Shown: in pieces, positions 51,854-64,000 of the stretch
How the letters are laid out: every line of letters starts with the position of its first letter
How positions within the stretch are numbered: the stretch's first letter is position 1
Source of the DNA: Lingula anatina
Lineage: Eukaryota > Animalia > Brachiopoda
NCBI GenBank assembly: GCA_051362555.1
Contig: CM120640.1
Span: forward strand, 52,554,788 to 52,618,787
Length of the DNA stretch: 64,000 nucleotides
Direction of reading: 5' to 3'
Program-made: the position numbers and the translations under genes
The notes under the pieces: model-generated
Seen by the model: only the letters and a program-made list of their open reading frames with translations
The model's database searches: none
Told to the model about the DNA's origin: nothing

Positions 51854-52106
51854 GGGATCCCATACCTAGATTGATCTAACAGGATCAATCCATCTCCAAG
51901 GGGTTTCTTGCTAAATTACTTTCAGCTTAAGCAGCTTAGATGTCTTGCACACCTACTGAAGCTGCTAATCAATAGTTAATTACCTCCTAACAGCTTCAGC
52001 AGGCGTGACAGACATCTAAGCTGCTTAAGTTTATTGTAATTTAGCGAGAATCCCCTTGGAGATAGATCGATCCACAATTAGTATGATAGGGTCTGGGAAT
52101 GGTCCC
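51854..52106. mobile_element. Palindromic MITE, family B
   Basis: Long inverted arms: atctccaagggg/ccccttggagat, gctaaattac/gtaatttagc, cttaagcagcttagatgtct/agacatctaagctgcttaag, ctgaagctg/cagcttcag; related to 31557-31770. Confidence 0.8.
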
Positions 52107-54512
52107 CTTGTCTTCTTCTGATTCTCTGGTTCCCTACAATTATAGCAGAAAGTTTTCATTTTGGCACACTGATATCTGACAGGATCATCACATTAACAAT
52201 CAAGTTAAAGCATTAACGCATCCATTAAATGAACCGTTTTAGTTTGGCAATCTCTTCAGTTTCAATTGACCATTTCACATGATTTTCCCAGTATTTTCCC
52301 ATGGCCTTTTAAATGGTTAGTTTTATTCACCCAAACCCTGCATTGCCCTAATTCCTGCCCTGCCGTAACCCCTGGCCTTGAATGTCACCCACCCACTATG
52401 CCCGTCTGTGCTTTCTGTACCCTCCTTGTAATACAAGAACACTTGGCAGAGTTAGCCTCCAGACAGTGTTCAGCTGAGTTCAGTCTATACACATAACACT
52501 GGGAACAATTAATCCACTGTTTTTTATTTTTTCCTAGCAATCTGACTCTTGTTTATAGTGGTTACCGTACATGTTGTAGAGCTCCAGGTAAATAGCACAG
52601 AGAGAAACCCTCTCTCCACATGCTGGGTCTTGAATAAAAAAATGAGTAAAAAATATTTTTTAAAAAACGGAATGACAAAAAATAGTCTTGTTTGGGAAAA
52701 TCAGTGGCAGTGATATTGGTACATTCCGTGCATTACGGAGGGTACCTTTTGGGAAGGGTGTAGCACTTTGGGTCTCCAGTCTTTTTGGTATTAATTGCCA
52801 TTAACCCAAATAAATCTTGTCATGTTGAATTCTGGATAATTAATAATTGACAGCTGGTCATCACATGGTAGCCAGTGGTTAGAGGCCACACTGGCGCCTA
52901 TTGACCACTGGGTACAAGGTGTTACAAATAACCATCATTCCACCTGTCTTTAAGAACCAAGGCACATTAATAGGGCAAGGACACGTGACACTAATTGCTG
53001 AGCCCAACCTTGACATTTATTGAACAAATTGGTAGGAAAAAAATGGAAATGCATGTATTTTTCAAAAGTTCTATAGTCCTGCATTGCAAATAAGTGTAAA
53101 TGCATACATTTTATCATAAAAATAGCTGCACAATAAGTTACAAGTGGCATATGATTCTGTTTAATCCTATATCTGAGTAATTTAGGTTATTTAAATAATT
53201 TTTAAAATCATAAGCCCACAAGAAATGTATATCTTTAGATTCCATGCTTTATTATCAACTTCTTGGTCTATAGATCATGCCATACTCTAATTTAAAAGTT
53301 TTAATCATGAAAGAGCTGTTGTTGTTTTAATGAAAATCAGTAAATGTGTATAAGCGTAAATCAACCAATTCAAGAATATTCTGAGTATTGTATGTCTATG
53401 ATTGATGGTTGTCAGTTTTAATAGCATGTACCACTTGAATGGCTTTAAACATGTTTTTCCTTATCATCCACAAATATATGAATTAATTTGCTTTTGAGTA
53501 CAGTCTAGGGTAAGCTATAATGTTCATTATCTAATTATAACTATGGCAATATTTGATTAGGAAAATGCATTCTGATTATATTTAGGCAGGTGCTTGTTAT
53601 AGTTTCAGGCAGTCTCCCCAATTTCTTATCAGGGTAAATGATGAAAAAGAGGTTACATGGTATTTGTAATATCTATTTAACATACTTGCAGTGTGCTATG
53701 ATAATGTTTTGGGAGTGTTTTGATTCTAGAAGTTTATTCATAACAATACACCTGGGAAATATCTGGTATACAGGAAAGAATTAGCCCTGAAACTAATTTA
53801 TTCAGTGGACATCCAAATAAGCAAAATAACTTCCTCTTCTATAAATTGCTTTAATCTCTTCTGTGAAATGTGAATGTTATTTAGTATGTACACAGTAACC
53901 TTGGAGAAGTTGCCAACTAACTGCATCACATCATGCTACTATATTTTTGTTTTGATGTCAGTATTAACTGTTTGCTTCATGATTTGGTTTAAAACCCCAA
54001 ATGTACTTTTCAAATAGTTAGGCTGTGTACGTCTGTTGGGGACACATGAAAATAAGCATTGGCTTGGAGAAGATGTTTTTTCATCATCTAATTTTGCTTG
54101 TACCAGTATTATGCACATTTTAGATAGCCTTTATACTGGTAGCTAGATAAACTGCTCTAGTTGTAAAATATTTAAAGAAGTCTAGACATAAAAAACTGCT
54201 ACTAAATAAGTCAGAAAATTTTGGTAATGTCTATACAAGAATAATAACATGGTTAAATTAATAATGACTAAGGTCCTCAAAACAATCTCTGAGACAGTAT
54301 TTTATTTCAAAAAAATGGAAAGAAGTTTGAGCAACAAAGACTGAAAACAAGGTTTTTCATATTTTATTTTCCATTAACTACATTAACAAAATGAAAATAT
54401 ATAAGAACAAAAATTGTTATGACAAAGGATGACAACTAATTATTTATGTTCTTTTACTGCCATCAAATATGATATAGGCTTATTAAATTTTTGACAATTT
54501 TCTGGTTTCCAG

Positions 54513-54744
54513 GTGACATGACCAGAACATGAACAGCTACAGTAACTGTGCCACAGTTGCATGATAGTACAATACCAGCAGCAGCTAGATGCCTACATAC
54601 ACAGATGTTTGCTACACATTTGGCACCAACAAAATCCACAATTACAGCAGAAGCAGCAACAGCAGCAGCAGCAGCAGGAATCATGGGTGACATGACAGTA
54701 GCATGCCAGGCATGTGTCGGAGTTGGGAGATCAGGCCACAGTTG
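54513..54744 (+). other. Candidate exon with CAG tract; may carry the start codon of the unidentified gene
   Basis: ttttctggtttccag acceptor and TG|gtatgt donor; GC clearly higher than flanks; frames MFATHL...GRSGHS and MPGMCRSWEIRPQL run open to the donor; product not recognised. Confidence 0.55.
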
Positions 54745-57700
54745 GTATGTATTCACAACAGAGAACTATACTTTGGTCTTTTCCACCTATTGCTATGACA
54801 GCAGAGCAGATGGTGCCTCATTAGGTCCCTACATTTGTGTGCTAGGACACTATCTTTGACACGCAGATGGAATTGACAAGGGTTGATAAGATCAGGCAAA
54901 ACTACAAGGTTATACAATACAAGTGGGGTGTCCACTCCGATTGTGTAAGGGTATCATTAAGAACCCTGAAAGTATGACCCAAGCTTGACCACAGGTACAT
55001 TTTGATGAGGGGGACAGGACACCATTTGTCCAGTAACAAGCATCTTAAGGCCATTAAGTAAGGCCCTGGCATTGTCCATTATACTTAGGGAGTTATGTTA
55101 CCAGGGCAACCCTACCCTGAGGAAAAGCATTGAATAAACCCACAATCTGATTAACCATTAATACACCATCTGTCGTGGTGTTTTCAGAGGACCTATAGAC
55201 GGCCTCTGATTGGTTGGCTATATTTAGCTGAGTGAGGGGAACGTGTCAGGTGCAGCAGGCACACGCCACTCTGATAAACTGTGATTTATACCTGGAAGGA
55301 CTAATCACTGGGTCCCAATGACAACAGCAGTTGTGAATACCACAGCTGACGCCTGTGTGTATCTTTGAATGATTTCAATAATTACACAGCTTGCACTTGC
55401 AAGGTGTTTTGCATGGCCTGCATGCTCAGGGTTAGGCCCCCTAGGTAGAACTTGGAGACATATTCTTAGCAACTTCACTGACATTCACTTAACATTACCT
55501 AACCTAGGTCATGGACTTTATTAATCTGAATGATACTTATGGTTCATAGCTTTTGATCATTGTGGATTAAATATAATCCCTGACCTACCATTTTAAAGCA
55601 CTGAAGCTGAAACCTATCTTGACAAATTCAACTTTTGACTCTGCACACTGTCATCAATATTTCATGAAATCAGAGAGCACACAGTACATTTGATCACACC
55701 TCAAATCTGAGACCTTGTCTTTTTGATCAAGCTCCATTAGTCTCTCCACGACCCTTACTGCCCTTCACAGCAATCTCCAAATGAGATTTTCACAGTATAG
55801 GGGTCTGAGCAGATTTAGAAGCAATTCAAAGAAGAATAATGATGATTGGGAAAAAGTGCAGTTTGCTGAGTTCTAGTATAACATTCAATCTGTTCCTCGA
55901 TGGGGAACCATATTTTCAGACATAAAGAACACTGTCAAGTTTAAATATTGAATCATAGTTGAGCCAGGTTTCATTACAATAAGATATCTTTGGTTTCTGT
56001 CAGAAGTTAATAATATCTTTCCTGTGCTGTACCCTTAGGAATCCAGTTTGCACAATAAAAACAAAAATTATGCTTATTTCAAAGTATTGAAACTGATGCC
56101 CATATCTATAGATTCTGAAAGCATTTTTGCAAGATTTCTGCTATTACTTATAGCAGTGATCATTCTGACATCCTCTTCGATGATGTATTTTTATGGCGCT
56201 TTTGTTACCAGTTTCAATGTGTCATTCATGTCCATGTTATCTGTACCAAATTTTGGAAGATAAAGTTTAAATTCGAATGAAATTTTATGCATCTGGATTT
56301 TATCCATAATTCATGACATTTTTTTTTTTCAAGATTTGTAGTTCAGGAATTCCTGGAGAAAAAAAAATTGTAGTTGTTACAAGTTTGTAGACATTGACCC
56401 ACCCCAATTCCGATTGCTATTTTGGGCCCTTATTTTAGTGAACCATAGGTTCCATTGTATATTTTGGGGTCTTTAATCCCTCTGTCTTTGGTTCACCTCT
56501 GAATTATTTTATTAGCACTTCGCTTAAAGAAGAGATTAAGTCTCAGATCTAATAGCCCTTTTATTATAACTATGCCTTTGGGGCAAACCTTATCCATTTT
56601 CTTTTGAAGTATTTTAGAATTGGATGCAATTGTGTGGTATTCTTTATGGCACGTGCAGGGTCTATCACACCTGAATGACCCTGTATAGACATTGCATAGA
56701 TAGGCTGGCAAAACAACTCCTCTTTGATGTGGAGGAGAAAGGAGGGTGGAATTAGAAGTGAGCGCCCCACCAGTTAAGCTCGTGCTCTGAATTATTGTCA
56801 TCTGTGGAGGTTGTTTGTCTGCCTCCAATTTCCATGTCAATGTCGACTGTTTGATTGTCTGTGCCTTCTTTACAAGTGCACTCTTGATATTTCATCAGCT
56901 ACATGAAAATTTATTAGAAAACAATATTGTATTGGGCTTGTGGTTTATAATCCCCATTCAAAAAATGTTGCATATATTTGTAGCTGCTTTACATTTTGAA
57001 GAAATTTAATAGTAAAAACAAATCACTTAGCCATACTTCTTATTTAAGTGTGATTAGATTAATCTTGATTTCAACAGGATATTCTTTACAGAACCCACAA
57101 GAAAGATTGGTTTGTTTAAAAGTGTTTTTCAATGACGTGGGTTCTTTTCCATGTATGTTACTGAGTGCACAGTGAAGATTATTTGCTCAAAGTATTAAAA
57201 ACAGCAGTCCTTTGCAAGGACATGCCCGCATATTGTTTTACCCCAGTTCACCCGGTAATATGTGCTGAAGTTAAAGCAAGCAGATATTGACGAGTTGATT
57301 TACTCGTTTTTGAAATAAACCAATATTGACCGAAGCAGCGGGACATTGTCTCTCCTTGTAAACATAACAGAGGCTCTAGATAGCAGTCACTTACAAGAGA
57401 GAAATGCCTTCACCTGAAAATCCAAGTACTAGCTCTTTCACCTCACCTCACCCCACGTTTCCTTGGTATTCTGAGCTTAGGCTAACTTGAAAATAGAATT
57501 CACAGGAATTACAGTCTAAGAAAAGTAGCGTATTCATTAGGTCATAAGAGTAAGATTTCTCAGCAATTCTCAGGAATCCAACATGTTGTTGCTCAAGCCC
57601 TCTGTATTATTGGGATATTTTATCAACTGACCTTAAACTTAAAGCTAAATAGATCCCATCAACGTAGTCCTTAGCTTACTGCTTTTTATACCTCACTCAA

Positions 57701-59201
57701 CCCACTCAACCTGATTTACCTGAAAACCTAGTGTGTTTTAAGAGATTTAATAACTGATGGTCAGAATATCATTACTTACTGTTGAATACCTTTTGGCACA
57801 GTATTTAGTAGCAGTGAATTTACATCTGGGCTATAATACTAAGTACATTCAGCAACAGTCACTTGTATTATGCCGAAGACATTCTCAGAAATATTTCATG
57901 CCAGTTTGCATGCAGGATAATTTATTGTACATACCAACCTACTTTATTGTATTTGATAGACCATTGATCTCGAGAGAGAAAGTACTCAGAAAACTTGATC
58001 AGGCTTGTGTTTACTCAGAGACTGATAATTCCAGGAACTGTTCTGAGGCAAGGAAGTAAAGAGAGGAAACTTGAAGCTGACAGCAGTTTACTGACTTGAA
58101 CACTAAATTCTGTCTGCACCAGAAATCTCTGCAGCTATCCAGTCTTCTGGGAGTTCTAGGCCTATGTACAAGGTACTACCTGTTACCATGGAATGACATT
58201 CTTCTTATCATGCATTCTTAGAAATAATTTGCTTTCAAAGAAACAAATGGCTGCCAGCAAAAAAGGAAATATTACATATTGTTTTCTCTGTTTTGAAAAT
58301 AACAAATACCGTTAATAAATCCTGTGCTATGATGAAATAAATTTTTCAACAACAAAATCTTTTATCTGTCATCTTGCCAAGAATTTTCTGTCAATGTTGT
58401 TTTGATTGGGGCTAGGGGTGAGGTAAAGGGGGAGAGGGGACAATATAAAATTCAAGCTGAGAGGGACTTTATGGGAACTAATCACGGATCCACTTCTGAT
58501 GATCAATGACAATTGGGATATCCATCAAAATCAATATTTCATACACTTGGCTGATTCACTGCAGGATTCACCTCTGTGTAAAGTGAATTGCCAAGTCGTT
58601 GGGTGCATTATTAGTCTCTTCCTGGATACCAAATTACCAAATATAATTAGTGGGAACTTAATAGCCATAAAAATCAGAATCTCCTTAACCTGACCCTCCC
58701 CCTTCAGTTAAATCTGTCTGTCACAGTTGACATCAAGTGATCATCATTGATGAAATACGCTGTCATGATGTGTTGTTTCTTACAGAGGTGATGAAGGTGT
58801 GAGGGAAAGGTCACATACAAATCTAAATTTCAATTTTATGGATGAACTGTGCTATTAATGCATGACATCTGAAAGTCATCACCTTTGAACAATGACTACC
58901 GCATAAGTAGCTTGTTGAGTAACACTGACTTCACTTGAAGATGTTCACTTTGTAGACAAGACATATCAGCTGTCGGTTCACAATGCACAAAAACAGGAAA
59001 GTGTGTGTCTTGATTGAGACGGATCCTGATACTGAACAGAACATATTTAATATATGGCCTAGAAACTGCAGATCCAAGACAAATATTTTGAATATGGCCT
59101 GGAAAAGGTGTTTGCCAACTGGCATTCTGTTTGGTCTAATTAGCTGTTTCACACTTCCTGCACAAATTTAACGGTGGTTATTCTGCACTCAAGCATGTGT
59201 C

Positions 59202-59204
<3 letters not shown>

Positions 59205-59260
<56 letters not shown>
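59205..59260. repeat. Compound (TC)n(AC)n microsatellite
   Basis: Directly visible. Confidence 0.95.
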
Positions 59261-59261
<1 letters not shown>

Positions 59262-62200
59262 TTCACCATTGATGACCAACTAAAACTAAACTACAGATCT
59301 TGTGTATTTGTTATCAGTGAAGGAACATTTCATGCATCACATATATCTGCTATTTATTTCAGGGTCCTGTACAGTGTTAATTATCTTCTGATTAGGCCCG
59401 AAGCTATAATATGGTATTCATGGTTTTGATCTATAGCAGATATTTCGAGGAATGCACCAGAAACAGAAACCTTTATTGCTATTTGATCATTTATGCATTA
59501 CACTATACATTTGGTTTATTTACTTCTAGGTTATCATCTGTCTTAAGTACTTTGGCTGACATTTTTATTTATGATCAATTTTTCTTCTGACCTTTGTAGA
59601 AGGGCTTGCTGCTTGCCATCCTTGACTCAGCTTATTCAACTTTGTTTACAGCTGGAATGAAAGTGTATTTTTGTACTGTTGTATTTAGTTTGGCAAATAG
59701 AAAGAGAAAATAACAAGGAGCAATTTGATTTTTATTAAAGCTCTTTAACAAAACAAACAACACATGCACCATCCATTAAAGAAATCTGACTTTTACAGAA
59801 CATTATTGAGGGTTTCTAATGTAGTGGTCAAATATAATTAAAGTCTCAATCCTTGGTCAACTGGGGCCTGAATAAAAAGGTAATTCAGTCAGACAGTAAT
59901 AACAGACACCAAACGATGACCTATCTGGCATTGGCATTTGTATCAGTTTTAATTGAAAATAGCTCTAAAGCAGCAGTGCTGTTATGGGGATGTCCCCATC
60001 GTTTCTCTTGGCATTGACAGGAAACAACACTTTCAACCAACAAACAATTACAGTATTGTTCGGATCCAATGTTTTGAAATGAATGCCTGACATCCTGGAA
60101 AAGGAGCTAGTTTACTGCAGGACACCCGTCACAATTTCATAGCGGCAGGGTGCGTTTATTACGTATTAAACAATAGGTCAAAACAATTAAATCATTAACT
60201 GTATAGGACCTGTGGGCATCACCCGCGTGCACTCCACCGGCGGCAGGTGTTGGTGAGACCCAGTAACAACTAGTGGAATGAACTTTTTACCTGAAGACCG
60301 ATGAGTTGGGTTTCAGCTGACTAGACCGGTTTTGTGAATAATTTGGTGATATGGCTACTACTGATCCAATTTAACTTTGAAATCCCTAATTAAAGTCGTG
60401 CTCACTATCTTCCCTTCCTTAATTCGGCAACTTAAAGCTTTTTGGCTTTGCCCTCCAACTTGGGAAGCTCTTTACCGCATTAGTTATGCGCCACAATCGA
60501 ATTTGATAGTTAAACATGGGGTCAACACGGCGATGACCAAAATCACCAGAGCATTTGAACTTGTCTTCATGCCAACCAAGGTGATTAGCAAGGAAATGCA
60601 GTCAATCTAATCAGATTGTGGTTGGCTCGCGATTAAGTAAAGGACAGACTCGAAGTGACGAACATCACGCAGTTTGCATTTTTCTTTTTCTTTTATACTT
60701 ACGTAATTTTCTACATAATAGTACATAACGAAAATCTATTTCAAACGGGGAAATCTAATGTGACGAAGATATAAGGTTTCTACTTTTCTATTTAGATAGA
60801 AGACAAGTTTAAGAGTACAGCAGTATTGTCTTGAAAACCAATATTTTTCTTTCTGGCGTTCAAGATATTGCAACCGCTCGGGGTGACCGTTTAAAATCTC
60901 GCGTGACATCTTGTTGCACAATTGCAGTAATCAAAATACATCTCTGACAAGATTAGAACAAAGGCAAAATGTGAAGATCTTGAAAACGGCCAAACATAAT
61001 TTGAAGGTATTCGGGTCGTATGTAAGAAACTGCACACGCAACTAGGGAATATTACACAACGTTTTTTTTTTTTCAGAAGTAACGCCATTATTCATGTGTT
61101 TGTTAAACTATGATATTGAACACGATTAAAGAACACGTGTCTTTAAAATAACAAACTAACTTTGTAAAGAAGAAGTTGTATTATAACTGAAAGGTTTCAG
61201 TGTTAACCAGTTAATCTTTGTCATGTTTTTAGCAGTTGTGTCATATATTGTATGTTTTCTATACGTACAGACGAATTTCGTATAAACTTTATCATCGCGA
61301 TGACATGATTCTTTTGCCAGGAGTTGCGGAAAGGGGGGTTAATCAAAGACTAAAGAGACTGACACATTTTACGAGCACTAATTGTCGAGGCTTGCTCTTC
61401 ATGGACGATGCATGAATTGTCCTATTCGATGCAAAATCAAAACTGATAACCGGACCCTGTGAAAAGAAGCGTTAAATCGACGTATAAAGCAGCAGTGGGG
61501 TCTCTTCAACCGTAGGGATTGGGTTTAGAATGGATTTTTTGTCTACTAATGCAAAAAAGGCCGTTTTCTCGACCGATTTTGGATTGTACAAAGGTAGTGA
61601 TATTTTGGAAGTTAACCAGCACGGTTTAGAAATTAGCGTGCACCTGAATACGGCAATTAACGTTTTATTGATTTCTGGTTCCACGAAAACATACTGATCA
61701 CCTTTGACACGAATCCCAGGCAAGTCAGCAGCAACTCAAAAGCTAAGTCAAAATTGTGTCCGATTTGAAAAGTGAATTATTGTGTTGATAGGTTCAGAAT
61801 TAGATCAATGAAAAATCCTAGACGTGTCTCCTCTCTGATATGCAAGAGGATCAAATTAGACGAGGAAGCGAGATACGTAGGCCTACTTATTTAGAAATTG
61901 TCCATTATGTTAAAGACTTGAGCAGAATATTTGCAGGCCAGTGTCGGCGACATTTTTTTAACATCTGTGTTCTGCAGTAGACGTCACTGTACTTAAATAT
62001 AAGATGAATTGGCAAAGAGTAAGGTGGATTAAAAGCAAATGGTACTATTTACTGGTTTAAGTATTCGAAATTTTAACTCGTTTTGAAAATCTGCAATAGT
62101 GATCAGCTAGCTCATCCTGTAGGTGTTCCGAGGCACGGTTGAGGGGCGGTGGGCGGGCTAAGGCTCATCTATGAAAAATAATCTCGTCTGCTCTTCTTTT

Positions 62201-63569
62201 TACTGTATCGGTTCTTGACTGCATTATTCAAATGAACTAGGCAGGTGGGCCGCTTGCACGACCAACTGCTCGGTCATGCTGGGGTTAGCGACCGTTAAAG
62301 AAATTTTAGGTGATATGTAGTCCCGATCTTTCTAAAAGAAATCGGTCTATGGTATGATACGAGTTTATAATGGTTCAGGTTCACCAACTTTTACACCGCA
62401 TCTATTCTGTACAATGTAAAAGTGGACTAAGAGTTTCAGACGACAAAAAATGAAATAGTTTTGTGTTTATGGTTTTGATTATGCGAAATACACATTATTT
62501 TGTCAATGGTAAACGAAAACATATTTTGTGTATTCTGGAAAAGAGCGATTAAAAAACTTTCAGCAAGCTTTTTGGTTCCTGGTAACATTCCATCTTTGCC
62601 ATTCCATCTTTGTCCTGTCTCTGTCTGCATCTTGGTGAAAAATGACCAATCAAACTCAACTCGCGCCCCTATGGTAGACTTGGTGTTCATTTTACACAAA
62701 ATTGGGAGGGTATCCTGTGAATGAATGCCTGGCACACTCGATCTGACATAAGGATGTGTTTTCAATAGCCTGGCACGCGCTAAGTTCATACATATGCTAA
62801 AATGTCCTCTGATATTAGCCATATTCACCGCTTCGAATTCAAGTGTCTGCCATCTGTTCTACCCAGCAACGCAGACGGGGGATAAAGCGGGACCACCACA
62901 CCGCAATCGTCGGGCATAATTACGCTGGTCCCTCAATTTTCTTAAAACCCCTAAGCATCGCCCTTTTTACAAGAAACGGCTCTTGATGAATTATTAGAGG
63001 AGCCCAAGGCGTCGAAGCAGTAAAATTTTGCAATTGAAGAGCTGTTTTCAAAAGTTTAATTGTACGGAAAAGTAATTTCGGTTTCTTCAAAAATATACGG
63101 GCGACTAATCATATTCAGATGCTCACAATGTGCTCGTGCCAGCTCGTATCACTTTTGAAAATAAAAACTTTGAGTCGTCTGCGTTTCAGTCCTTTGAACA
63201 TAATTGGCGGCTAATGTCAACGAAATATGAAAAGAAGGACACTTGTGGCCCCGCACACGCCGGCTGTTCTATGTTTACTCGCATAGTTTTAATACTTCAC
63301 ATTTTAGAAATGTTGAAAAAAGAGGTGGTGCATGGGTTGACACTTCATTAAAGCCAGGAATGTGAAGTGCTATGGCGGGCGCGTGCACACATAATGCTAT
63401 GTCAACTCGTTGGGAAGTGGAACAACATTTCATGTGTATCGTGCCTGTTTATCTACGGGTCTTGATCATGTTTGCGGAGCAATCTTCGGCAAAAAATCTA
63501 TCAAGAACGAGTGGTTAATTTCCTGAATATCCAGTGACATCAAAGGAGCAAATGCAAATATTATGCCAA

Positions 63570-63710
63570 GACTTTGCTTCTCCTGCGCTCTGATTGGCTG
63601 GAAGTTGCTCCAGCTGCCGCGAGTCGCGTGTCGCATTGATTGACACCCGGTCCCAACACCTGCCGCTTACGTCACCCGCACGCTGGTTCTGGTCATTAGC
63701 TGTTACATCC
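63570..63710. promoter_or_regulatory. Promoter-like CpG-dense motif cluster
   Basis: Inverted CCAAT (ctgattggct), E-boxes CAGCTG and CACCTG, CRE-like TTACGTCA in the most CpG-dense part of the window end; no linked exon identified. Confidence 0.4.
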
Positions 63711-64000
63711 AATCTTTAAGATGTTTGTTCTGTTTTTCAAGAGGTTCCTGGACGGTCTACAATATTTGTTAATAGATTTACGACTCGAGCGTGGCACCTT
63801 CTTTTGCCGTGTACATCGCCGCTACCGATAGTTGGTTTGCTTACATTTATCGTTCCATTATACTTTTCGTTAGAACATACAGTGCAGTTCTTCACCTTTA
63901 TACTCCGCAAATTTATTATATATATTGTGATAAATTATCTTTGTTATATCCCCAAGGGCATACAAATAGCGGTATGTTACGATTGATAAATTGTCTTCTT

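Noticed and set aside
52865-52915. tRNA A-box-like tagccagtggttagagg with a short hairpin
   Set aside because: No B box (GTTCRA) or cloverleaf; at most a very decayed SINE head.
54518-54604. In-frame TGA after MTRT as selenocysteine or readthrough extending the poly-Ala frame
   Set aside because: No selenoprotein motif, no readthrough context, and no SECIS can be assessed in this window.
61472-62828. 83-aa and 130-aa minus-strand ORFs near the window end
   Set aside because: No recognisable domain or supporting splice structure.

Overview
AT-rich eukaryotic genomic DNA with GT-AG introns and a mosaic CpG pattern, most like an invertebrate animal; the species cannot be determined. The window holds: (1) the last nine coding exons of CSE1L/exportin-2 on + (56-6371); (2) a complete 37-aa OST4 gene on - (CDS 8281-8394), too short for the supplied ORF track and tail-to-tail with CSE1L; (3) a CpG-rich, probably bidirectional promoter at about 9.0-9.6 kb; (4) a roughly 50-kb CpG-depleted stretch that looks like the long 5' introns of an unidentified + strand gene, with candidate exons at about 9530-9609, 14152-14226, 19015-19130 and 54513-54744; (5) a CpG-retaining end (about 60.1-64 kb) with promoter-like motifs. 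Mobile DNA is all non-autonomous: two Helentron/HINE-type families with internal satellite-like arrays (one present as an inverted pair), a Foldback-like MULE MITE with a 9-bp TSD, and several PIF/Harbinger-type MITEs. I recognised no tRNA, rRNA, CRISPR array or intact transposase, and I cannot claim a novel system. The best leads are an ATGA-chained ORF relay over a CAG tract in the 54.5-kb exon, the inverted HINE pair, and a TE-borne array of perfect nuclear-receptor DR1 sites. All counts and alignments were made by eye.
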